From the NCBI RefSeq assembly GCF_009914755.1, contig NC_060933.1: a stretch of DNA of 64,000 bases. One strand, 5' to 3'. A model generated the notes under the pieces. It did not search any database and had not been told where the DNA came from. It was given only the letters and a program-made list of their open reading frames with translations. A program made the translations under genes and the position numbers. The stretch comes from the human T2T-CHM13v2.0 reference genome, Homo sapiens. Below, in pieces: positions 1 through 12,939 of the stretch; position 1 is the stretch's first letter, and every line of letters begins with the position of its first letter.

Positions 1-780
1 GAGAATGGTTCAGAGGCTAACTCAGTCATCCAGGTGCTCTGGATTAGGGGGTAGCAGTAGAGATAAAAAGAAAAGCATAAGTTTGAGACATATTTTGGAG
101 GTAGAATCAATATATTAGGCCTGATTGATTGGAGGTGGGGGGAGATGAAGGACAGGTTTCTACCCTCGGTGGGTGGTGCCGCCGTTTAATGAGATCATGA
201 GATTGGAAAGACAGGAGTGTTAGCAGGCTTAGGAGGGTATCAAGAACCCTATTTTGGAAGTTTAAATGGTAATATGAACCTTTGGAAGTACTTTAGGTTG
301 CTTAGAAAATGTAAAGTGAGAAGACAGCCCAGAATAGAACCCCAAACAATTCCTACATGGGAGGTTTGTAGAGAAGAAGCTATCAGATAAATGGGAGAAA
401 AGCCAGAAGAATGAGGTGTTTTGAAAGCCATGTGACAAATATCTCCTGAGGAAAGAGTGATCAACAGCATTAGATGTCGCCAAGAAATCATATGAGATGA
501 AGGTGGCAGCAGGTCAACGGATGCAGCTAATAAGTCATTAGTGGCTTTAGTGAGAGCAGCTCTGGTGGAGTTGAGCAGGGGGAACCAATTGAGTCAGACT
601 GGAGTGAGAAGAAAGTGAATGGGAGTGGGGGAGTGAGACAGCACGTGCAGACCTGCCTTGGGATAACTTGACTATGAAGAGAAGGAGAGACGGAGGAAGA
701 GCATATGTCAGCTCTGGTAGAAGAATTCAGGAGAGAATGAAGCAGTGGAATGAGCTTTCTCAGGAGGTAGGAGAGGCCGC
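1..780 (-). mobile_element. L2 LINE fragment
   Basis: Purine-rich degenerate L2-like text (tttgagacatattttggaggtagaatcaa; gaaagccagaagaatgaggtgttttgaaagcc). Confidence 0.6.
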
Positions 781-799
781 ACCCAGATACCAGGTGCAA

Positions 800-1441
<642 letters not shown>

Positions 1442-1947
1442 TGGCTTCTGTTTATGAAGAATGAGGCATTAGTTAAGTGCATGTATATTGGAGGGCATGA
1501 GGGGAGAGGGTTGTAGATAAGCAGAACCTCACAATTATTTCCTCAGCATCTCCCTATTGCATCTAAAGAGCAAACAAGAGAGGGCAAGTTCTTACGGTGG
1601 CATGAAATCGGCTCACTTTGGTACCAGGAAGAGGTGCAGCCACAGCCCCCTGGGATTGCAAACAGGCTGGGATCTCTCCTGGCATCGAGGAAGGGGATGC
1701 TGACTGTGATCCAGTCCAGCCTCTGCCCTCTGAGTCCTCCCCTGCTCTGGCATGCCTGCCTGGGTTTTTATGTCATTGGAATGTAGCTTTTCTTCCTGTG
1801 GTTCGAAAGCTTTACTGGTCTTTCCTGTTGCTCTCCCTGAAGATTGATGGTACAGCCTTGGCCCCTCCTAGCTGTGAAACTTTTTCAGGATCTCGTTTCT
1901 TTAGTGACTTTGCGGAAAGGAAAGTAATGGAAACACTCCCTTTACAC

Positions 1948-2080
1948 CAGAGATTCTCAATCTTGGTTGTACATTTGAATCACCTGGAGAGCTTTTAAAA
2001 TTTCCTATGCCCAGGCTGCACCGCAGATAATTGAGTCAGAATCTCTGGTGGGTGGGATCCTGATAGCAGTCAATTTAAAA
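1948..2080. mobile_element. MER5-type hAT MITE
   Basis: ttctcaatcttggttgtacatttgaatcacctggagagctttt...tcagaatctctgg. Confidence 0.65.
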
Positions 2081-2862
2081 TCTGGCTTTGTTTGCACGTG
2101 TCTCTCTATTGCTAAATGTCTACAACAGAGGGAAACAGTGTGCCTAAGTGCCTTACCTGCATAAGCGCTCAATCAGTTGCTTACTTGTATCTTCCCATTG
2201 CTTTCATTTGTCTCTTGATGTCTTTATGACACACATGAACTAGTAAGACTCCTTTCCTTTTGTTGATTTTTGGGTTTTGTTTAGGTTAAAGAGACTACAT
2301 TAACCAACTGCCAATAAAATTGGACTGGATAATTTTCAAGCGGGCAAAAACTACTCATCCTTTACTCATTTGGCCAGAGGCTGGGACTCCTGAGGAGTGT
2401 GCACTGCATGGTAGCTAAAATCCAACCCATTCAGCCAGGACTCATACGAAAACAGGAACACACGAAAAGTCCTTAGGGTCGGACAGTTCGAAGACAGAGC
2501 TAGCTCAGTTTGCACCTTAGGAATGAGACCTGGTCATGCCTGCTGATCCATACTTTAATGTGTCTCAGCTATTTGGTCTTCCTATCTTATTTTTCTCAAT
2601 TATGAAATAATGCAAAGAGCCCTAATGATTGACGGCTCTTGTCCTAGGAAGCTCAACTTTCCATTCAGGCCGAGATTTGTAATATGATGTGATGTGAGAA
2701 TTCCAAAAAAGCTTTATCACTGTCCCCTTGAACAAGCCTTCCTTTATTTTCTACTCTGCTGCCTACTATACCACCATTACTGATCTGTAGAGTCCTCATG
2801 TGCTACTAGGCAGGTCCCTTGAAAATGCAAATCTATATCAAATCCTGTGGATACATGTATTC

Positions 2863-2902
2863 TGTGTGTGTATATATATATATGTGTATATATATATATA
2901 TA
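2863..2902. repeat. (TG)n/(TA)n microsatellite
   Basis: Seen directly in the sequence. Confidence 0.9.
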
Positions 2903-2989
2903 TTCCTTTCTCATGTGGCAGCAGTGGTAGGAGCATGAGAGAACCTCACTTCAAAGGAAGTGGTAAAAGGGCCTAACAGTCTAAAGAGA

Positions 2990-3310
2990 ACAGTGCTGTT
3001 CCATATGGGAACCTCAACCCACATGTGGGTTACTGAATACTTGAAATGTGACGTCCAAATCTAGATGTACTGTAAGTGTAAAATACATACTGGATTTCAA
3101 AGAGTTAGTGTAAATAAGAAGTGAAATACCTCATTGACACATTTTGTAAATGGATTAGATGTGGAGATGATATTTTGCATGTCAAATATGTTATTAAAAT
3201 TAATTTCACCTGTCACTTTTCTCTTTTTAAAATGTGGCTACTAGAAAATTGAAAATCACACACATGGCTTGCATTTGTGGCTGCTACTGTATTTGTGTGG
3301 GACAGGGCTG
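2990..3310 (-). mobile_element. MER33-type hAT-Charlie MITE
   Basis: cagtgctg...cacatgtgg...cttgaaatgtg...tgtaagtgtaaaatacat...aatgtggctactagaaaat...ggacagggctg, with terminal inverted repeats. Confidence 0.7.
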
Positions 3311-3905
3311 AAGACAGAACTATTCAGTGCTGTCTTTCCATTTTGTTGATGACCTAGTCTAGTGGTCTCCATAGAGTGCTCTGATTTTACAAATGAGACA
3401 ATTCCCCCAGAGAAGTCAAGGGAATTGTCTGAGGCCCTGTCTGGAGCTCACACAGTCCAGCGGCTGGGAGATTTCAGCCGCACTGAGCACAGAGCCCTGT
3501 GAGGGCACGGGGAAGAAACTGTGCTCTGAAATGAGGCCTGATGACTTTCACCTAAAGGCAGCTGAACAAAAGAGGTCTGATGGTTCATGAAGGTTTCCAA
3601 TCACAGCCTCTAATTATAAGGAAGTATACGGAACTCATGTAAATAGTCACTATAAAACTGCCAAAGAGTGAGCCAGTGCCTAATGACCCTGTTTCTTACT
3701 TGTGATTTTGAGGAATTCTGAAATGGCCACATTTTTAGTGTTGGGAAACAGGAGGACTTTTTCTTTGTGAGAGAGCCTACTCAGGACCCACTGCATAAAT
3801 GCTGAAAATAAATAATGCAGTGATGGTGGGCTGGAGAAGGTCCAACATTCCTTGACCTAAGCATCAGGGTCCCAGCCCAAGCAGCAGATGCTGCTCCCAT
3901 CCTAC

Positions 3906-4062
3906 CTAATTGGAATGATGGCCAGGAAGGAGAGAAAGGAGGAGAGAGCAAAGCAGGAGCCCACAAACATGTCCATGGTGAGCTGGTAGATCTTGTTGTA
4001 CAAGGTGGATGTCACCACGCCGGTCAGAGCCAAGGACAGCTGCAGTATGACGAACACCTTTC
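3906..4062 (-). CDS. SLC46A2: SLC46A2 coding exon 3 (157 nt): (G)KVFVILQLSLALTGVVTSTLYNKIYQLTMDMFVGSCFALSSFLSFLAIIPI(S); the terminal exon lies outside the window to the left
   Basis: Acceptor CCCTTCCACAG| at 4064-4063 and donor ATTAG|GTAGG at 3905. In frame with exon 2 and encodes the last two TM helices. The recalled C-terminus (IVAYKQVPLSPYGDIIEK) was not found in 1-3900. Confidence 0.94.
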
Positions 4063-4180
4063 CTGTGGAAGGGACAGAGGTTACTCCGGAGTGCCTTGCT
4101 GTCCCTGCCTCACTCCCCATTAGCTGAGTCTCTGGAGAGTTCTTAGGGGACCCTTCCTTCTTACTCTCTCTCTCTCTCTC

Positions 4181-4474
<294 letters not shown>

Positions 4475-4775
4475 GCCTTCTCAGTCTTTGTGTGGCTCAA
4501 TTCACTAGGAATCCTGCCTCTATCTAGTTGAATCTTCCCAAGGCCTGTGGACGATAGAATCCTTCTTTGACTGTGGCTTTTCAGTGCCTGACTTTCTAAG
4601 TCACTCCTATACCCGTCTCCACTCTCTGTGCCCTGGATGGAAACGAGTGTTTCTAGTGTCTTCAAAGATGCTTCTGGAACTGTCTCAAGTGCCTTCTGCA
4701 GGTCTGTGCCTCATGCTTAGCAGCTCTGAAACAGCCCGGGCAGAAGATTCCAGAGAGATTCTGTTCACTACTCAC

Positions 4776-4859
4776 CATAAGAGGAGCCCTTTATGAGTTT
4801 GGACATAGCTGATCGGATGGTTGTGACGGGGATGAGAGCAAACAGCATGACGGCTCGAG
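4776..4859 (-). CDS. SLC46A2: SLC46A2 coding exon 2 (84 nt, phase 1-1): (A)RAVMLFALIPVTTIRSAMSKLIKGSSY(G)
   Basis: Acceptor TCTCTTTCAG| at 4861-4860 and donor TATG|GTGAGT at 4775. Splices in frame with exon 1 (G|CT = Ala377). Confidence 0.95.
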
Positions 4860-5354
4860 CTGAAAGAGATCACACAAGAACACTCCTTGCTGTAGCCCAG
4901 CCTGGGCCAAGGAGGAAATTATCAAAAGCCTCTCTTAGAACCCCCATCTCCCCACAATCCGAATGTGGCTTGACCTGGAGGAAGTCATTTCTCTGCTGGC
5001 ACACTAGCGCCCTCCCTTGACCAGTCTGTGACCCTCTGAGCTCTGATGCTGCTGTGTATGCTGCATATCAGTCTGCAAGGTGGCTGGGCACAGTTGACAT
5101 GGTGACAGATGGTGAAATGTGTCTTTACTGGTGGAGTTGAGTGATTACTAGGGAAGTGGAACTGGTACCACCAAAGTGACACAAGGCCCCTTTCTTTGTT
5201 TCTCCAGGAGAGAAGTGTCTGTCCTTGACATTAATGAACATCTCTGGGAGATAGTCCCGGGAGCTTTGGCAAATTGCCTCCAGCAATGTGTCCCATGAAC
5301 GCATCCACTGCATAGCTCTCAAGCTCTATTCTCAAGCTCTATTGATTATCCAGA

Positions 5355-5357
<3 letters not shown>

Positions 5358-5418
<61 letters not shown>

Positions 5419-5420
5419 AC
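5358..5420. repeat. (GT)~22(GA)n compound microsatellite in intron 1
   Basis: Seen directly in the sequence. Confidence 0.95.
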
Positions 5421-5448
5421 GCACAAGAGAGACAGATAGAGACAGACA

Positions 5449-5752
<304 letters not shown>

Positions 5753-5924
5753 AAAGAGAGACACAGAGAGAGGTGGTGGGCAAAAGGGGAAGGGGGTACT
5801 CTGTCCTATGCTGTTTAATTGAGAAGTGACCAGAGGTTACCTTGCCATTTTGTTAGGTGTTTCTAAGATGTGTGACCTGCCTGGGCCAAGAGCCAGCCTC
5901 AGATAACTGTCTGAAGTTGTTTTT

Positions 5925-6120
5925 TTGATATGATAGCCACTAGCCCCATATAACTATTTAAATTAAATACAATGACATAAAATTTAAAAATCTGTTCTTT
6001 AGTTGCGCTAGCTACATTTCAACGGCTCAATAGCCACATGGAGCCAGTGGCTTCTGTATTGGACAGAATGGATAGCAACTATTTCCATCATTCTAGAAAG
6101 TTCTATTGGAGCATTCATCT
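5925..6120 (-). mobile_element. MER3-type hAT MITE
   Basis: tagccactagcc...ctcaatagccacatg...gtattggacag...agaaagttctattgga. Confidence 0.7.
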
Positions 6121-6321
6121 CGAGCTTTCTGCTTATAGTTGTCTGACTTGTGCCCTCAGATGGAAACTTAATGCTGCTTCCTTGGGGAATTTATTACATT
6201 GGTTGTGGAAGGCATTTACCGAGTATTTTAATGCATTTTTAAAAAGCCCTTGCTTGACTCCAAATGATTTTAATTAAGGGATCTTTTCAGTAGAATTACT
6301 TGAAATTCCACTCCTCCACGT

Positions 6322-6634
6322 TTTTTTTGTTTGTTTGTTTGTTTGTTTTTTTTTGAGACAGAGTCTTGCTCTATCACCCAGGCTAGAGTGCAGTGGCACA
6401 ATCTCGGCTCACTACAACCGCTGCCTCTTGGGTTCAAGTGATTCTTGTGCCTCAGCTTCCTGAGTAGCTAGGACTACAGGTGTGCACCACCACACCTGGC
6501 TAATTTTTATGCTTTTGGTAGAGATGAGGTTTTGCTATATTGGCCAGGCTGGTCTTGAACTCCTGGCCTCAAGTGATCCTCCCACCTCCCACCCAAAGTG
6601 CTGGGATTACAGGCGAGAGCCTCTGCGCTCGGCC
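6322..6634 (-). mobile_element. Alu in intron 1, sense to the gene
   Basis: (TTTG)n tail followed by Alu consensus. Confidence 0.95.
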
Positions 6635-6998
6635 TTTGAAATTCCATCCCTTTAAAATGGCAAGGGGGTGTGGGGGAAGAAACCCAATTCCATCTCCTCT
6701 GTTGAAGGCCATCCTGAAGCCTCCCCTACTGACTCCAGGTACCACTGACCACACCTCCTTGACTGCCCAGAACCATGAACACCACTCTGGTAACATTTCA
6801 TTCTCAATATAGATAATTAATTAACAATACATTACAGATAAACTCAGGGGCATATAATCTTGTGTCCCTTGTGCCTCCTAGGTAGCAGGTTCAATCCCTG
6901 GTGCTGAGCTAGGACACCCAGACCATGGCATCCCTGGTGTCAGCCCCATGATGCAGAGGGCTAGCAATGTCCTGCCTCCTCAAGAATGACAGACTCAC

Positions 6999-8127
6999 CA
7001 ATATAGAACATGTATGTCTCTTTCACAAAAGCCAAGAGGAGGGCTCCTGACCCAAAGGAGACCATCCCAATCATGATCATGGTGGTGTCCCGAAAGCAGC
7101 GGGAGAAGACCAGGACACCCAGGAAGCTGGTGATGAAGATGGTGTACCCTGCAGCCATACCATAGCCCACCTGCACTTGGTTCCAACCGAGAGGCTCCCT
7201 CAGCACAAAAAGAGGGATCACGTCCACTGTGCCCACCACCGCCAGGTCATATATGATAGCACCCACAAAGAGCAAGGCAATGGTGGTTTTATGGGGTTTT
7301 GCTTTTCCAGGAGATGGAGGGTGCCCCACTGCATACTGTTGGTCCAACTGATCAGGATCCAGAGTGCGGTATGTGCCAACCGTGCCAGACACGGTATCCA
7401 CGGCGGGGAGCTCCTGGCTGGGTTTGGCCACCGACTCAGGGACCTTTAGCACCAAAAGGCTGTAGAGCAGGGCAAACGAGGCACAGCTCACGCTGCAGGC
7501 CGTCAGTATCAGGCCCTGCCCAGAGTGCCCAGCCATCTGCTTGAAGAGATGCCCGGAAGCCATGCTCCCGCAGAACCCCGCCAAGCCCAGCATCAGGTCA
7601 ATGAGGATGAGGCGCACAGAGCGGCGGCCCTCGGAGGAGCCCAGCGATCCCAGCGCCATGACCCCGGACCAGAAGGCGGAGAAGCCGCCGAATAGCCCGT
7701 TCAGCGCCGCCGCCCCGTACAGCACCTCCACTGGCCAGTCCAGCAGCACCTTGAGCAGCAGCCCGAGGCGGGAGAGCAGGAAGCCCAGCAGCGACATGCA
7801 GATGGAGATCTTTCGGTGGTAGCGGTCGCTGAGCCATCCCAGCCCGTAGGCGGACAGCAGGGGGGACAGGCCCACCACAAGGTTGTAGATAATGTAGAAA
7901 TTGGAGATGGCTCTCTGCTGTTGGTCCTCTAGAGCCCCCCGGGGCGATGGGCTGGCACTGTGGTTGGAGGAGCCTCCGGTTCCGTAGGACGCCTTCACCA
8001 CGAGGAGTAGCCCCGCATCGTAGAGGGAGGCAGCCACCTGGGACGATGCCACCACGGGCTCAACCCAGGTCCTCGGGTGGAAGCGAGGCAGGTGGCCCCT
8101 CCGCGGGCAGGTGACCTCGGGGCTCAT
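6999..8127 (-). CDS. SLC46A2: SLC46A2 coding exon 1 (1129 nt, codons 1-376 plus 1 nt); thymic stromal cotransporter homolog, MFS/SLC46 family
   Basis: The ORF 6961..8127 translates to MSPEVTCPRRGHLPRFHPRTWVEPVV..., which I recognise as human SLC46A2. It has multiple TM helices, an MFS motif-A-like GWLSDRYHRK and an N-glycosylation sequon NHS (N55). The donor ATTG|GTGAGT begins at 6998. Confidence 0.97.
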
Positions 8128-8720
8128 GTGACCTCTCTGATGGGGATCGAAGGGCTTTCTGGCTGCAGTGACAAGGATATGCTCCCAAATTCGGCTGCTA
8201 CGGCTGCTCAGGTTTCAGTCCCGGAGCGCGAGTGTGCTCCGTGCGCCGGGAGCGCGAGTGTGCTCCGTGCGCCGGGAGCGCGCCGGCCAGTGGCGAGCAG
8301 AGCCAGGGCACGCAGCGCCTGTGACAGCAGCCCGCCCAGCAGCCGAGTGACCTCCCGAGTGACTCCTCCTCAGGCCAGAAAAGGCCGCGCTCCACCCTGC
8401 CCTCGCCACCTCAGGCAGAGTAGGACTGGCGACAGTCCAGGGAAGCCAGGCGCGGGGGAGCGCACCGCGAGTGCTGGCTCCTGGCGCCAGCACCCCCGGG
8501 GCCGACGGGTCACGCTGCTCCTGTGAGCGCGGCCGCCTGACGGGGCCGAATTTCCCCACAGCCAGGCGTGCGTGCCCGGACCTCCCGCGGATCTCTGCGG
8601 ACCCCCCACCACCGGGGCAGGGGCTGGAAGGAAGCTCCCCAGGACTGGCTCAGGGAGCGTTTCCAAATTCTCCCATCCCAGGAAGGCAGGTTTGCGCGAG
8701 GGGTGGGACGCCTAGGATTC
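7480..8720. promoter_or_regulatory. CpG island / SLC46A2 promoter and 5' UTR
   Basis: High GC and dense CpG from inside exon 1 to ~600 bp upstream of the ATG. No canonical TATA box seen, and no upstream ATG between 8128 and ~8400 on the minus strand. Confidence 0.85.
8223..8282. repeat. 26-bp tandem repeat x2.3 (GGAGCGCGAGTGTGCTCCGTGCGCCG)
   Basis: Two exact copies at 8223-8248 and 8249-8274, plus a partial copy at 8275-8282. Confidence 0.95.
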
Positions 8721-10419
8721 TGCCTAGGATAAGTATTGGGGTGTGAAGTTTTATTTATAGATTTAATGCAACAGGGGCCCATGTGCTATAGGCAGCTGGG
8801 TAGCACTTTGAGAGAAGTAAAAACTTGGGAGCCGCCAGGTCCAGGCTCTTCTCCAAGCCAAAGGCCTCTTAGAGAAGAGTCCTGTTTGGTACACCTGCAT
8901 TGGTGGGCCTAGTGCCTGGGCCTTGTCTAGAAGGCTCCTGCCCCAAACCCCAGGGCCAAGGGAGAGACGGCAAGATCCTGCCAGCCCTAGATGTCCCCCT
9001 AGATGATAAAACTGGACTCTTGGGCAGGGGCTTGAGCCCACTGGAAGGGGCAGAGTCACCAGGGTCCTCATCTGAATCAAGTGCCCAGGTCCCTTTCTGC
9101 TTGTTAGTAGTCACTCTTCTTCTGTCTGTGGGCTCACTCCCCTGGGCTGGGCTGAGACCTCCACTTCCCAGGTGGCCTCGCTTCTTGTTTAGGTACATAC
9201 TTCTGCAAAGAAAACCAGGGTGATGGATGGTGCAGGGGCCAAAATGTACCACAGAGCATGACCCGTTCCATGGTCAGCCCCAGGGATGGAGACTCAAAGC
9301 ACACAGCCTTCCTGTCCCTCTACCCACAATCCACTATAGCTATGGCAGCGTGGATGATCAGGAACCCAAAGACATGAAAGGGAGACGCAGGTATGCAGGG
9401 AGAGCTTAAAACGCCACATGGATAATATACTCATGTAGGGAGTAGGGACTGGATTCCAAATGATTTAGTGTATCTATGTGCTCTTTTGGTAGTGTTTAGT
9501 TGGGCTATAATCTCCTCCCCTGCCACCCTCAACCTCCAGCATGGCCCAGCCTCCTCGTGTCTAGGCCCAGACGACTCTGCCTTCTGCAAAGAGAAAGACA
9601 CACCTAGTCTTGCCCTTCAAGATGTGCCCCATGGATCTGGCCCAGCAGCCCATTTCCTTCTTCCTCCCCCTCACCAAGGGTCACCTTGGGAGATACATGT
9701 TTCACCCAACCCAAGCCTGGCTCTCCCACTCCATTCTTAATTTTTCCAGAGGCTACAGCAAACAGTCCAAACACCTTGATCCTATGAGGGGTGGAGACTC
9801 CAGTGAATGAGTAGGTTATGGGGCCAGGTGGTATTCCACAATCAAATACGGCCATGAGAACAACCTGACCCAGATGGACCACTCTGGCCACTTGATCAAG
9901 GAGTCTGTGCATTCTAGGGCTCTAGACTGTAGGGGGCAGCCCTTGTCATCTCTGGGAGGGTCTGTGGTATTTCAGTTCTTCCCATTGTCTTGGGAAACCA
10001 GGGACATTGGAAGGGTCTCTGAGAGAGTCACATCAGATCTAGAACAGATCTAGTAGGAGCTGGGTTATTAGGATGCTAGTCAGCCCTAGGAACCCCCAGG
10101 CTTCTGAGTTCTCTGGCCTGGAAATGAACAAGACTCAGGGTAGTCAGTGTCTCTCCCAGTTTAGGCTACTGTGGGTTGGATTATATTCTCATCATGTCCC
10201 CACTTCTTGCTCCATCTCTGAATGCAGGCCCCAGGTGAGCTAGCACCTGGTCATCCTCTGCAGCCCAGGCTACCAGCAAGTAGAGCCCTGACCTTGCCAC
10301 TTCAAGATAGAATCTAGTCTCCAGTGCAAGGTTGGCTTCATTAAAGTGCAAGTACTAAATCTCTGATGTTTAGATTGATAAAATCACACTATTCCAGAAG
10401 AAAGGAACTAAGAAAAAAA

Positions 10420-10625
10420 ACAGTAGCAGCTAATATTTTTTGAGCCCTTATTATGTACTAAGCATTTTACGTGAATGAATTTAATCCTCCCGAGAAGTCT
10501 GTGAGCTGATCTATCACCCCATTTTTACAGACTGAGATACTGAAACCAGAGAGGTTAGGAAATTTGCACAAGATCACAAGGCCAGTAAATCAGGAAACTA
10601 GTATTTGGCATCAGACAGTCTTTGC
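10420..10625 (-). mobile_element. MIR
   Basis: ccccatttttacagactgagatactgaaaccagagaggtt...ttgcacaagatcaca. Confidence 0.7.
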
Positions 10626-11237
10626 AAGCCTACAGCTATGGGGAAAATACAGTTGCCAGAAATTTTTATTTGAGGATGTCCTCTTAACCCACATTGGAAT
10701 GTGGAGAGGAGTAGAAACAACACAATCATGTTGTGATTATTGTTGATCAACAATGTATTGCATAAATAGGAACAAGAGAGTGGATAGATTATCTGTTGAA
10801 CCTATATCCCAGGCACTTTACACTCAGGCAAGGAATACTTTTGTTTTCTTAACAAAATTCATAGCCCCTAAATTCATCTTAGAAAGGAACAGTCTTTGAA
10901 AAACACCTTTGGTCAGTGTTAGAGAGTGAAATTCTCAGGTCTGAGGATTCCAGCTGTGGAGGAGGTTCCAGAGAGGGGGCGGAACCTTTATGCTTGAGTC
11001 AACGAGAGGGAAGGGTGAGAGAGAGAACCAAGGAGGGAGAAGAGAGGGGAAAGAAGTTCAGGGAGGAAGTAAGATCAGCAGGTATTGGTGAGAAGGGTCA
11101 GGACTAGAACTCTTGGCGTCAGGGTGGTCTGAAGGAACTTTTGAAGAATAAGAATGTCTAGTGTGGATTTTAAACATCTTACTGTATCATGTACATGTGA
11201 ATCCTTAGTGTGACCTCCCTTTGCTCCTCAGTTCTTA

Positions 11238-11582
11238 ATTTCTTTTTCTTTCTTTTTTTCTTTTCTTTCTTTTTTTTTTTTAGACAGGGTCTTGCTTCTG
11301 TTGCTCAGGCTGGAGTGCAGTGTTGCGATCAAAGCTCACTAGAACCTCAAATTCCCGGGCTCAGCCAATCCTCCTGCTCCAGCCTCCCAAGTAATTGGGG
11401 CTACAGGCATGCACCACTGCACCCAGTTAATTTTAATTTTAATTTTTTTTCTGGTAAAAACAGCATCTCACTATGTTATCCAGGTTGCTCAGATTGGTCT
11501 CAAACCCTTGGCTTCAAGCGATCCTCCCACATCAGCCTCCCAAAGTGCTGGGATTACAGGTGTGAATCACTGCACCTGGCCT
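11238..11582 (-). mobile_element. Alu (J-type)
   Basis: Alu consensus. Confidence 0.92.
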
Positions 11583-11884
11583 TCCTGAGTTCTTTAGAAA
11601 AGTTTATTCATAAATGTTTTGTGCAAGTGGCATTTTTTTTTTGTTTTTTATTTTGGTAGAAACTGCTGAGGAAGCTATGATTCATCTCTGGATTGACATA
11701 ATGCTGAGCAGAGACCACAAGGGAGGAAAAGGAAGCCATGAGAACACAAATCTCCCAAGGATTCACTGAAATCTGGAATAGGCTTTGGACTTTCACAGGC
11801 TATGAGATTGGGGAGTTAAGCCATCTGACCCAGATCCTGAGGGGCAGAGAGACCCTTCAGCTAATGTGCAGACTACACTGATGG

Positions 11885-12150
<266 letters not shown>

Positions 12151-12939
12151 TCAGGGGCTGTGGTAAGCCTTTCCCTCAAAAATTGGGAGCAAGGAAAATA
12201 AGATACCCCCTCAAGCATTAATATATAGTAGAAAAAAGTAAAGATGTATAAACTCATTCAAGAAGACAGAGACAAATCTTGTCAGTGACCACCAAGGACT
12301 TTATTTCAAGTGTTTCCCAATGACTGTCTCATCACTACATGCAAGATGTTGCCCAAGTCTCTTTGCCTGACCTTGAGAACTTTCTGATTGTGGTTTTACT
12401 TCCCCATTATAGTTGCAAACAGGGAGAAAATGTGCTAGTTACTTTGAGTCTCCAAATAATTTCCCCTGATAAATTAATAAATTAGCGTTCTAGTTTATGT
12501 ATCAGCCTTTCTGGGTCTGAATCTGGGAAATGGCTTCCCTCCCCGTATACTGATGAAATGAAGTATATTACGGTTAGACTGAGAGTCAGGCCCTGTCCAC
12601 AGTAAATTCATCAAAATAATGACTGCCACCCATGGATGCCCTTGGAATATTGTTTCATTGGGCTTTTCCCTCAGAGGTGGCACCCTAACATTGCCCAGTT
12701 TTATAGAAACTTTGACTTAGGGTAGCTAAATCACTTGCACAAGGTCACACAGAGCCAGGTACTTAGGGTTGTGTGACTTCAGAATCTATCTATTTTCACA
12801 GTGCTTCATTTCTGAGGTAATTGAGTAGAAGGGGTGCATTTTAAGAAGGTGTTTGGTTGTTGAATGTTTCCCACCAAATATTGTGAGCCTATATTTCTAT
12901 CTAAGATATTTTCAAACTCAGTGGTTAGTTTGTTCGTTT

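Noticed and set aside
6995-9252. Overlapping alternative-frame and antisense ORFs around exon 1 and the promoter
   Set aside because: Expected in GC-rich DNA; no recognisable products.
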